A stretch of DNA of 63,725 nucleotides, filler included, from Intoshia linei (Eukaryota > Animalia > Orthonectida), in assembly GCA_001642005.1 (NCBI GenBank). It is 6 parts of 6 records of this genome, joined end to end, with 100 filler letters (N's around TTAATTAATTAA, not from the genome) between each part and the next. Parts side by side here need not be neighbours in the genome. Positions count along the whole stretch, not along the records: positions 34,617 to 45,511 come from LWCA01001222.1; positions 45,612 to 58,175 come from LWCA01001071.1; 4 more parts are not named here. One strand, written 5' to 3'. The first letter of the stretch is position 1. Each line of letters opens with the position of its first letter. The notes under the pieces were generated by a model. That model searched no databases and was not told where the DNA came from. It saw only the letters and a program-made list of their open reading frames with translations. A program made the translations under genes and the position numbers. Positions 39,238 to 56,035 of the stretch are shown here, piece by piece.

Positions 39238-39610
39238 ATGATTGGTAATATAAAAATACCTCTAGTAATTATAGGCAAAGTAACAAGACCACGAGCATTT
39301 GCTAAATTCGATGTACATAAATATGTGGATTATAAAAACTCCTCTAAGGCATGGATGAATACAACACTATTTAATAAAGGGCTTATTGATTTTGACAAAT
39401 TTAATAGCATACAAAATAAAAAAGTTTGTATATTTATTGATAATTGCCATGTCATAAAGTGATAATGAAATTCTATGTCTAAGTCCAAGTATATGGAAAG
39501 TAAAAATTTCAATGTTTTAAAAAAATCAATTTAAAAGATGTATTCAATGTAGCTATATGGGCTCATTTCTCTTGGGATTCCGTCAAATCGTCTACTATAA
39601 AAAACTGTTG
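39238..39610 (+). pseudogene. pogo DDE_1 fragment
   Basis: PLVIIGK..RPRAF...KAWMNTTLF...IFIDNC. Confidence 0.8.
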
Positions 39611-39841
39611 AATAACAACCAAACATTAGATGAATTCATTACCTTAGAAATGATTGGCGCGTAATATTGTAAAAATGGTAAAAAGCGTAACTAGGATAAT
39701 GTTTATTGTAATTAACAGGATTTTAAGAAATTTTAAAAATTTTTATATGAAGATTGTGATAATTGACAAATTGCAAATACAAGGATAAGAATCAAAGTAA
39801 ATATATATTTTAAAGAAAAGTTGATTTACACTTTTGGAATC

Positions 39842-42800
39842 ATGAATTCTTACACAATAAGATTGGATAAGAATAGACACGGCTACGGATTAACTATAAC
39901 TGGAGAACGTCCATGTATATTGTCTTCAATTCAACAAGGCAGTCCAGCTGATAGAGCAGGATTAAAAGTTGGAGACTGTTTAGTATCCATAAATGACATT
40001 TCAGTAAAAAATGCTACACATGATAAAGTTGTTTATATGGTCGGTTCCTCTAATTGTCTAGTATTGCAAGTGACACGACGTTTAAACGTGGATATAAAAA
40101 ATGATTTAAAATTAAAAAATAATTTTATTAGAAAAGCCAGTAAAAAGTACATTCTACCTCGCAGTAATACTCAAATTCTGAATCCAATTGGAAATTTGGG
40201 TGAATTTACTGATATGGCTAAAACGGAAGGTTTAACTAATGACAATTTAAAAGTTTTTCCTTTCAAACGAAATTTAAGCGTATCTTCTAGAAGAAATAGA
40301 GTCATGTACAGAGAAAACGTTAAAAGAGAAAATTCTAGAGTGAACCTTGCTACAACTAAACGATTGTCCCAAAATAAGAGAAATAAGATTCGTTATTTAG
40401 ATCAACAACGACAAGTTTCAGGTGACACAAAAATTTCTTTCAAATCTGGACCAATTGACAAGGAACATTATAGCAGAAACATATTTTTTGTCGATAGACC
40501 TGTTAATTTCAAAAATAACGAAAAAACTAAAGAATTTCTCGAAAATAGGCAAAATATTCAAAAAGCACATTCATCTGCTCCAGCTACGAATTTATTGCAT
40601 GTTTATAAAGTCATAGTTGGTTATATTGGTACAACTCAATTACCAATGAGTTCCATGTTCCGTAAATTCACTATTCAAGATTCTGTCAAACGTCTCGATG
40701 CATTAAAATGCAATTACACATTAATGGCCCTGCTCCTTAGTACTCAAGAAATTCGGTTTATTAATTCGATCGGTAAGTATATAGCAAAATATAGCCTTGA
40801 AGACATAGCTTATATTGGTCGTTATGAATTAGACACGAAATTTTTCGGAATAATTACTCAAAACTCAAATACTAATAAATATGAATCAAAATCTCTCAAA
40901 TCTACTTTTCCTTCAAATAATTCAACTCACGTTGATTGTCACATTTTTTATACAGATAGGTCTCTAGCTTTAAACCACGAACAGCACAGCATTATTGCTA
41001 AAAAATTTGCTTTTAAATCCACCAAAATATTGCAATCGGATAACAAAAATTCAAGATTGATGGACAGAATATGTTGTCAAGAATTTACTCTAGAAAGCAC
41101 GCCAATATTGGTCAATGTAATTAAAATTTTGGAAAACTACAAGAGTAAATATTCTAAAGATAAGCTAAATGAAAAAAAATCAATGAGTCACATTAACTCT
41201 GATAGTAGTTTGAATCAAATTCAAAAAAATATAAAAAGAATTCAAATTGGTTGTGATAATAGCAGTGAAGATTCTTCTTGGGACAGTAGAACGGGTTGGT
41301 ATAATGGTATGCTTCCAATGGAAGATATAACTACATCCTCTCTGACTTCTTTTGGTTCTAGTGGGAACAACGCTGTCGAGCAACAATGGCGAGGTTTTGC
41401 CGAAAAACAGAAATTAAACAATTTACGTAAACATATTCGATCTCAACCTCTACCTCAATCTGAAAAAAACCCTCAACTTGATATTGATAAACAGTTGGAC
41501 CAAGATTGGAAAATTGCTAATGATCAAGTGAAGTCTTCAAATAGTTTAGATTTATGCAAAATGCCCAAAAATTCTCATTTTATTGAAAAACCCAAAATTA
41601 CTGATAACTGGAAAAAATCTTTTGATTGCTTATTGAATGATTCCATTGGAATTAAAATCTTTACTTATTTTTTGAAGCTTGAATTCAGCGAGGAGAATAT
41701 TAAGTTTTGGATTAGTTGTAATGAATATAAAAATTCTATTCAGAATGAAGTTTGTCGTAAAAAAATTGGAAAATATATATTTGATACATACATTTGCCAA
41801 AATGGTATCGAGGCTATCAATATTAATGATGATACTAGGTCAGCTATTTCATTGAACAAAATTTATGAGTGTAGCAATGAATGTGTTTTGAATCAGGCTC
41901 AATCTGAAATTTATACTTTGATGAAAATGGATAGTTATTGTCGGTTTGTTACGAGTGATATTTTTCAAGATTGTGTCAACTCTGAAAAAAGGGGTGAAGC
42001 TATTAGTATACCTGTTAAGGTTTATACTTTATTATTATACTTATCGTTAAATATTAAATCTTGCAATGTTCTAGGGTGCAAGTTGATTGTTAATTCATCT
42101 GTACTTTTGAAAGAGGTGCAATACCACATTTAAATGTCATTATTGAATGGGTATAAGTATCGTTAATCAAATCTCTAATTTTTTTGAATTCTAAGAAATT
42201 CTTGATCACAGCATTTTTGATTGACGCATTCTTTTTTGATTTTGTCTTATCTTATTGCTTTCTCAAGTTCGTTTGGCCAATAATATAATTTAACATTAAC
42301 CTGAATCTAAAAAGAGCATTTTCCAAAACATTCTGATATTCTTCAAATCTCCCATAAAAACCCTCAAAACAATAAATACTTCAGCTAATGACTCAATATG
42401 CACCTTAGTGAAATTCACTATTTTTGTATCCTGATTCATGGTATTAACTACAAATCGACATGTTTTGGGGAAAAGTATTCGATACTTGTTATTCAAATAC
42501 ATGAAATTATTGGCGGTGTCCAAACAATGACTTTCTGTATTCAGGGTCAGAGGTAATTGTATCTGAAATTAGAGCATCTGTTGCCCAACATAGACTATCA
42601 ACCCTTTGATCAGTTACAGTGGCGACTCGAGCTAAAATTTTTATGACAACCGCACATTTAATAGATTCTATTAAAAATTTGAAAAAAATGTAACAAATTG
42701 ATTTTTAACTAGTAAAAAAATTAGACATTAAAAAACATTAAAAATGTATTCTAGAGCTTTTAGAGATAAAATTTTTAGTAACGGAATTTTTGATCTATAC

Positions 42801-44775
42801 AAATTCAAGGGGTGCAGAAGGTGCAATTTCACCCCTAAATTTTTAAAAAAACTTTTTTAATTACTGTTTTGTAAAATAACTGAAAAAAGTTTTAATTTAT
42901 TAAAACAATATAGATGACGCATAACATTACATGAACAATTGATCATATGACTTGAGGCCTTTTGTTATGTGAACTGGCCCTCATGAATTCCCACTATGAC
43001 TATAATTTTGATATTGAAAGTTTGGTGAATGAATTTGCAATACTTCATTCAAGAAGACTAGACCTAATTGATTTAAGATTATTTAATGAACAAAATTAAT
43101 TTTTTTTTTTGTGTTGATTTTTTTTTTATTTTTGCGAAAAAATACCAATTTGGAAACTACTGTATAAAAACCTTTAAATGAAATTAAAAGAGACGCTCCT
43201 AAAATTTTTATAGTCGTTATATATATGCTGGCTTTGCTCGCACCTCATTAACTAGCTTCTTGGATCCGCCCTGAATTCATTAAGAAATAATATATAATTC
43301 AAAATTCAGTTAATATGGACTTAGACCAGTGATGGCAGCAAACTAAAACTAGGTGTGTCAAATTTAATGCTATTTTCAGAAATTTTTTTCTAGTGTGTTT
43401 TTATTAAAAAAATATTAGGTCAATCAAAACCGTCAATTAAGTCAAACAACTTGATGATGGAAAATAATTTTTACATTTATTTAGATTTAAAAAATTGAGC
43501 TGGAAGTTTTTCAATGGGAGGTTCATAACTTGTTGATTTTAACGCTACACAAGCCAAACTAGTTGTGTCGTGAAGTCTTTCTTTTATGATAAGTGACATT
43601 CAATGTGGAAAATAACGATTGACAAAAATATGTAGATGAAAATATAGTTAATATAGCTTTAGCTAGAGATTTCAGACTATGAATTCCAAACTTCGAATAA
43701 CATATTTGATTGGTCAAAGTAGGTAACATCTTCAAATGATTTTGTAAGTCTATTTAGTTCTATTACTTTAATTTCTGATCTCACTTATTTTAGTAATATT
43801 TTTTATTTGAAGTGAACTTATATATTTTTTACACGCAAGCACGTACTTTGCCTTCACTGACTTCGACTGTATAAGTAAAAAGTAGTCAAAAAAATTTTTT
43901 ACATGTAATATTTGCTCTGTCAAAAATTATATTTTTTGGAGTTTGTAATTACAATAGTTGTACCCAGATAGAACTTGATATGCTTTCAATCGAATGGGGA
44001 AGCAGACTATACATTTGATAAAAATGTATATAATTTTTTGTGGTTTAGATTGGAAATCACTAGCCAATAGGTTTTTTAATGTATCTACAGTATTAAATAA
44101 TCAATCTGACTATTAACCAGTTTTGATAAAATTAATTTATATGATAATTTGAGATATACATCTAAATTATTCTATGGTATTGATTCAAATGCTGATCGGA
44201 CATAATGTCATGATAAACCCATACTGCACAGTATTATAATGTCTTTTTAACATTATTTGTGTAACAACGAAGGTCCTTTTATTTCCCTATAGATTTGCTG
44301 ATCTGAATGTCTAACAGTCACTTACCGTTGAAAATGGCATCAATTGAAGTATTGAAGTTTTGTTACCTGTTTATCTGGTTATATAGTAATTGAATGCAAT
44401 TCAAATAGAAAATATCACTGTCCTTTTTTTATTTTATGCTTAAAAAAATATTATTTCTGCATTTGGTCAAACCAGAGAGTTTTTATTTTATTTTATTAGT
44501 TGATATTCTCCAATTTAGTGAATACTATATTACCACAAAATGTTATGTATCTATATTCATTCAACTTGGTGAACATTACATTAATGTATTGTACAATGAA
44601 GCTTATGAATTAAACATAAGCATCACAGATTATCCTTTGAATATTATTACCAAAGTTTTTTTTAATATTAATCATTATAATATTTAGCCGGCTTCTTTGA
44701 CAAATCTACTTAATCAATGTAAAGTTGCTAATCCGACTGAATCCCGTCGAAGATCTTTATTACATTGGCCTAAAG
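39842..44775 (+). CDS. RGS12: Regulator of G-protein signalling 12 / Loco-like (PDZ-PTB-RGS). Exon 39842-42019 and probable exon 44688-44775; 3' part lost at the linker
   Basis: PDZ (GYGLTITGERPCILSSIQQGSPADRAGL), PTB (VIVGYIGTTQLP), RGS (WKKSFDCLLND..G...F...EFSEENIKFW...MKMDSYCRF). The phase-0 exon ends ESRRRSLLHWPK, like the Loco post-RGS RRKSLLPW motif. Confidence 0.85.
42806..43273 (+). mobile_element. hAT (Tip100/Blackjack-type) deletion derivative
   Basis: Right end GGATCCGCCCTG; internal LALMNSHYD...LVNEFA...SRRL C-terminal remnant; left end uncertain. Confidence 0.6.
43327..43859. mobile_element. hAT MITE
   Basis: TIRs CAGTGATGGCA / TGCCTTCACTG; TSD acttagac/acttcgac. Confidence 0.85.
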
Positions 44776-45611
44776 GTAATTAAATTAAAACAAGTGATAT
44801 CACTCATATATCAATGAAACCATATTGGGTGTACCAAATTCCGGTACGTGGTATTATTAGTTTTGGACATTGAAATTTAACCAACGTATATATCAGCCAT
44901 GTCAAACTTGTTTTTAAATTTTGCGACGATGTACAATTGTAGGTATATAATATATATACACATTTTATATGTGTAGCGTAGTATTAAATCATAGATCTCA
45001 AAATTTTTTGACTGTGAATCACTAGTAAAATAAAATATATTTGCCACAGCCTGTCTGAATAACATTTAGTTCAAAAAAATTACTCATCCAAAATTTCAAC
45101 ATTTTCTGATTTGGCACACTTTCAGGAGTATTTTAAAAAAAATTAAAAAAATTCTTAGTAGCGTTTTTGAATAAAGGTCAAAAATGTATATTTTTCTCTA
45201 AAAATTTCAATAAAATGTTCAATAATATTAATTTTAGCCTTGATTGTTTGTGTAACTAATCTTTATTGATGAAAGTTTGTTTTTTTTCAAATTTCAAATT
45301 ATATTGTATATAATTATATTGCCAGAAAATTGTCCATGAATATGGAAATGGTATTTTCAGTAGAAAAATTGAAATTTTTGATCATTCTAAACGAAATACA
45401 CGATGTTCGCTAAACAAAACTTGTTCATGCACAATTTGCCTATCACAATTATCATTTAATTTCAATAGTAATAATGGTGTTCCTAAAATTAAAAAACGTA
45501 ATTCTTCTGGANNNNNNNNNNNNNNNNNNNNNNNNNNNNNNNNNNNNNNNNNNNNTTAATTAATTAANNNNNNNNNNNNNNNNNNNNNNNNNNNNNNNNN
45601 NNNNNNNNNNN

Positions 45612-46240
45612 CCAGTTACCACATATTCCAGAAATGCTTCACTCTTCAGTCGAAATAATAAAGAGGAACATATATTAACTCTATTTCATCTCTGCTGATT
45701 TGACAATTAGTGAGGAACCCATATACCGGACCTATTGACCTTTTTAACATATTAAACACACTTGATTTTGAACAACCAGCAACATTAGTAAGCGATCTAC
45801 ATGTTTGAATAGGAGAGATGTTCAATGCTTCTTTTATTGAATCAATATCACTCACGAGAGATCTACCGGAACGTTGGGCATCCCTTAAGCTATAATTTTT
45901 TTTAATGAACTTGGTGAACCATCTTTGTGTTTTTCTTTGTTGTATGACATCTTGGCCATACACACTACATATATTTTGAGTTGCTTTAACAGCAGAATGA
46001 AAATTATTATACTCATACAGTAGAATATGGCGAATATGTTCTTCAAAATCACAAAAGTTTTTTGTCTAAATTCATAATAAATATTAGTGTATATTAATAA
46101 TTTACACTTTCATCTGATGCATCATTAAATATTTTATCCAAAAGCATTGTTAATTTAAAATTATTTTAAATGTTTTTGATCATATGGTGATTATAAAACA
46201 TTGTGAAAATAAAAGCGACATAACTTTATGGACAAGCTAA
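45612..46240 (-). mobile_element. mariner transposon, 5' part, inactivated
   Basis: HIRHILLYEY, VYGQD...QRWF..F...SLRDAQRSGR, WVPH*L, VVTG motifs; terminal TA|TTAGCTTGTCCATAAAGTTATGTCGC. Confidence 0.9.
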
Positions 46241-46498
46241 TATTACAATGTAAGATGTAATATTATACTATAAGTACTATTATAATAGTACAAAAGTATA
46301 ATTTTGATTTGTTTTCTGATTACTGGGCGGATTAATGTTTTGCAGTAAATACATAAATGAAGAAATTGTTGATTACGGTCACAGTAGAATATTTTCAGTA
46401 GATAAAGTTGTTTTTCATTATTATTGTAATATTTTCAAATTGTAAGGTCGTTATTTCAAGTCAATTTTTATAAATATTTAATAAAATACAGTCTAATT

Positions 46499-46916
46499 CA
46501 GTGATTCTCAATCTGTGGGTATTTACCCACGAGTGGGTAATTTGATATTTTTCATGAATAATCGCGAAATTTGTTTTAAAAAATGGAAATTTTTGATTTT
46601 TTTTGGTCATATGCACAGTAACGTATTATATAATTTTTCCTAAATGGAATAATGTAAATAATAACAGTACGTAGTCATGTAAAATAAAAATTTAAATATT
46701 CTTCCTACCATTTCAAAAAAAATCAGGAATTATTTTACTACATGTGTATTTTGTGAAATTAGTTTTTTAAAAATTTTTATTCAATTATTAAAAAATCTAT
46801 ATGGCTCTTATCCTAAAACCCTGGTCATTAAATATGCAGTTAAAAAAATACTGTTGGTAATATCAAAATAAGTACTATAATATGGGTAATATAGTGAAAA
46901 AGGTTGGGAAACACTG
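46499..46916. mobile_element. hAT MITE
   Basis: TIRs CAGTGATTCTCAA / TTGGGAAACACTG; TSD gtctaatt/gtctaagt. Confidence 0.85.
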
Positions 46917-46983
46917 GTCTAAGTCTATATATAATTGTAATTTACAATTATATATGAAATTTCATCTATAAGTAATTATTTAG

Positions 46984-47067
46984 GCGTTAACTTACCCACC
47001 CATTGATGCAGAGGACGGATTCGACGGTTATTCTCGCCATTCAAGAAAGAAAAAACAATACGCATGA
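46984..47067 (+). CDS. Probable terminal exon of an unidentified upstream gene
   Basis: TTTAG acceptor followed by GC-richer ALTYPPIDAEDGFDGYSRHSRKKKQYA*. Confidence 0.4.
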   Translation, partial: ALTYPPIDAEDGFDGYSRHSRKKKQYA

Positions 47068-47603
47068 AAAATAATTAATTGATGTTACAATCAATATAAA
47101 TAAATATTAAATTTCAATTATAAAATATTTTTCAATAACTGGACAAATGTCCTATAATTAGTATATAGTGTAATAGATAAATAATTGAATTATTTTTGGA
47201 TGAAGCATATTTATTGGTAATATATAATTTGTAATATGGAAAGGTTAAAAATGTTGAGCGCCTGTTGAATATTATTTTTGAAAGATTTTGACAAATACAA
47301 TTGGGCTACGAGTGAGATTGTAATCCAGTTACAATTGGGTGACGTAATTAGGTTACATGTGAAGCATGCTGACATTTACGAAACTTCATTAATAGAATTA
47401 CATTTACAAAAATGTTGAATAAATGTTAAATTTTCGGTAATAAAGTTTTAATGCATAGTTGTAGACTGTTAATCCATAACAATATCTAATAATATCAATA
47501 ACAGAGTTATCGAATAACTTGCCAACACGTTATTTACGTCGAATATAAAATTTGACGATATATACTCATTTAAGCCTTAGTTTTAGAAAACAATATTAAA
47601 TTA

Positions 47604-52498
<4,895 letters not shown>

Positions 52499-53208
52499 CT
52501 ATCCTAAACACTACTGGATGAATTATTTTAATAAAATGAAATTATAATCATGTTATGTTTTAATTCGATATTAATATTGTATTTATATAAATATGTGAAA
52601 CTTGATATTGAACTGATTTTGTAGACTCAATATAAATTGATTTTTTCTTTAGGTTGGTTAGAGATGGAACGTATTGCTAACCACAATTTATCTAATTAAT
52701 CTTACTAATTCACACCAATTATTTATGGAAATAAACTTGTTTCCTTACTCATTTATAAACTAGCGATGAAATAGATAAAATGTCTGTCGCAATACTGTTC
52801 GAATCGCCACTGTTTTCCTGAAATCCCTATCGATTTTTGCAAACGCGTCTATGAGAGCACTTTAAACTTAAATCATGTTTCATAACAACTATATTTAGTT
52901 CAACGTATGGATTGCAAATTGTAACCATTTTACTCAATACTACTGTAGTAAGCGTATCAACTATAATGCTATTTTGGAATGAAATTTTATTGAGAACAAC
53001 TAGCTGAAACTTTTTTTCAACTCTACTACCCTAGAATACCATTAATCCAAATTACATTACATGAATAATTCACTAAATTGTTTTAATTGACAATGAAAAT
53101 CATTAAATAATTGTACATTTCATATTCATGTATTTGTTTTCTATTTATTGAATTGCTAATGTGTTAACTCTCACTATATAAACATTCCTCCTGTTTTATC
53201 AATAATAA

Positions 53209-54975
53209 ATGACCAAAGATCGCATCAACGCTGTGAAAGCTGTAATTGTGTATTGTACCTTATTATTTAATACCTTTTTAGTGTCAGGAGAAAGACGGTG
53301 CTGAGTTCCGGGTCGAGGTAGACGGTCCTGTCTATATGCAAGAATTTTTCGAAATGGTTTGGTTGATTTGTCAAATTTACCTGTTTAGGTAGACGAAATT
53401 CGAAAAAACATTGATAACATTAACAACAACATAGAAGCCGTAAAAAAACGGCACAGTTCAATACTTGCCTTGCCTCAAACCGACGATAGTAATTTGTGCA
53501 TTTCTATATAGTAATTTTTGTATAGAAATGAAAGAAGAACTGGAAGAAATAATGAGTGAAATTAAAAAAACCGCCAACAAAGTCAGAGGGAAATTAAAAG
53601 GTAATGCTGTGATTGTTATTTTATTTTTTCTAGTAATCGAACAAAACATTGAACAGGAAGAAATAGCTAATAAAAATGGAGCCGACATCCGTATTAAAAA
53701 AACCCAAGTAATTTTATTATTTAATTTTACTTGCATTACGCACAAACCATACAGTATTCTACCATTTCCCGAAAATTCATCAATGCCATGAATTGCTACA
53801 ATACGGCACAAATCCAATACAGAGATAGCTGCAAAGCTCGTATACAGAGACAAATGGAAATAGGTAAGTGTGTGTTTAATTTGTGTTGTCTTGTAATGTG
53901 CGTGTGTAAATGTTACCTTTAAATGATGCGGCATAATATAACTAATGCTAGGCAAGTAGTATCGCCAACAAACTGACGACCATAATGAGCCATTACTACG
54001 ACTGTCAACAACAATTTCGCATTAACTGCAAAGACCGTATACGGAGGCAGTTGGAACTATGTATGCTATATATCATTTAGAGGCTATGTTGTACATCGTT
54101 TTTTATTGATTTGTTAATTAAGCCGGACGGAACACAAGTAACGAAGAAGTTGAAACAATGCTTGAATCCGGAAATCCTACCATATTCACTCAAGGAGTAT
54201 GTCGTGTGTAATTGTGAAATATTGCCAATTTAGATTGTTACTGAAACCAAACAAGCCAAACAGTACCTCAAAGACATACAAGCCCGCCACAACGACATTA
54301 TTAAATTAGAAAAATCAATAAAGGAATTACACGAAATGTTTATTGATATGGCTAATTTGGTCGAGTCCCAAGTACATTTAATTCATTTAATAATTCCCTC
54401 ATCAATTTAGTCATATTATATATTATAATATATATTTTATATGTGCATTTTGACTATGACATAATTTGCCATCGGGGTTATTTATAGACTATATAATATT
54501 TTGCTAATTATCAATTATATATTAAAATACTCATGTTAGGGCGAATTGATCGACCGAATTGAATATAATGTTGAACAATCTGTAGATTTCATTGAAACAG
54601 CCAAAAGCGACACGCGAAAGGCTGTTCAATTTCAAAGTAGCGCAAGAAAGGTATTTGATGTTGTCTTTTTAAATGTTGTCTTTGTAGAGGAAAATTGTTT
54701 GTGCCGTTGTTTTTTTAATTCTACTCATTATAATATTAACTGTGACTGTAAGTTCTGTCATTCCTCAAGGTTCTACAACTGTAATAGTGGCAAAAAATTC
54801 TACCTTATCCCCTAATACACCTCAGACTGTGTAGTTGTTGTGTGTAATTAAACTGTTTTTGTTATGTTATTATTTGTAAACTAATCAATCTTTGTAGAAA
54901 AAAATATGTATACTCATTTGCCTGATAATTCTTGTTATTGTTATATGCGGAACCTTTGGCGGAATATTTGGTTAA
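53209..54975 (+). CDS. STX1: Syntaxin-1 (Qa-SNARE). Exons 53209-53241, 53282-53356, 53389-53488, 53526-53600, 53634-53707, [53755-53863 or 53952-54060], 54123-54196, 54234-54371, 54540-54650, [54688-54834 or 54898-54975]
   Basis: MTKDR N-peptide, [89 protein letters not shown] plus TMD; 288 aa with the distal last exon. Confidence 0.97.
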
Positions 54976-55674
54976 CCTCCCACCATATATCAAATTTGTA
55001 ATATTGCCATTCCAAGTATTTACTTGAGGAGGATTTGTAACTAGTTCAAATTGTTACATTAAATATAAAACTATGTATTATGTTCAGTCAAAATATGTCC
55101 AATTACGTTATAGTAAAATCAATTATAATTGATTTACGTTATGAATGTATACTTTATTGAATTTATTTATAGATAAAATAGTTTGTGTATGAATATGTTG
55201 TAAATATAAACCAAATTATTTGTGGTTTATGTATATATCATTACAATTACATGGTATCAAATAATTATTACTTTACGTTAATAAATACAGTATAATATAA
55301 TGTATAATCACAAATTTAATAGATATTTAATTTCTTATTACAAATAAATAATACCTTTTCGTTATTTATTATATTTCATTATAATGATTATGTGACCAAA
55401 AAAATTAAATTAAATTTTTATTTATATCAAAATTTAATTTAAATCCAAAAAAGTTTAAACAATTTTTCGGAAGCAATTACCGATTATTTATTTGAAATTT
55501 AATGTTATAAATATGGTTTATTTTATATTTTTATCAATTTTAATCATTTCGAGACTAGTATATTTTTAAATTACTAGACCTCATGATAAGAGGTCGTAAA
55601 ACGTTTTTGAGGTGTCATGTCCAAAGAATCCTAACTTATATAATATGCTACGCGATTTTTGTTTGTGTGTGTGT

Positions 55675-56035
55675 CAGAGCCGTTTTAAAGCATGGGAAAT
55701 ATGGGCTGTAGCCCACGGCCCCTCAGTAAAAAAGGCCCCAAATTAATAAAAGTACTTCACATTTATATCTTAAGAATCAGTTTATAAGTTTTGAAGTGTC
55801 GTAATTCAAATAGCTAGAAAGAAAATAGTTTAAAGAATCAAAGTTCTGGTAATTATTCAATTTAAAATATAATGCTTTTATTAATACTAAATAAAATAAT
55901 ACTTTAAGTCTCCAACCAACAGTTAGCCCTGTCTTCTAAACAGGTAACCTAAATTTTTTAATCGATTGCTCGAAATTTTAAAGGGTCCGGTCCTTTGCTT
56001 AGCCCAGAGCCACGAAGTGGCTTAAGACGGCTCTG
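55675..56035. mobile_element. hAT MITE inserted in the TG tract of a Helitron-like copy
   Basis: TIRs CAGAGCCGT(T/C)TTAA; perfect TSD GTGTGTGT. Confidence 0.9.

Noticed and set aside
42180-42290. Minus-strand NELEKAIR*DKIKKECVNQKCCDQEFL resembling a Gla domain
   Set aside because: In-frame stops, too few Glu residues, no supporting exons.
17590-44400. Stop-codon reassignment to explain in-frame stops in coding-like segments
   Set aside because: Conserved genes are stop-free under the standard code and end in TAA/TAG; the disrupted segments also have frameshifts.
52790-52812. GTTCGAATCGCCA resembling a tRNA T-loop plus CCA
   Set aside because: No T-stem or acceptor-stem pairing.
53458-53955. 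165-aa minus ORF and the read-through plus ORFs in the track
   Set aside because: Shadow or partial frames of the spliced syntaxin gene.
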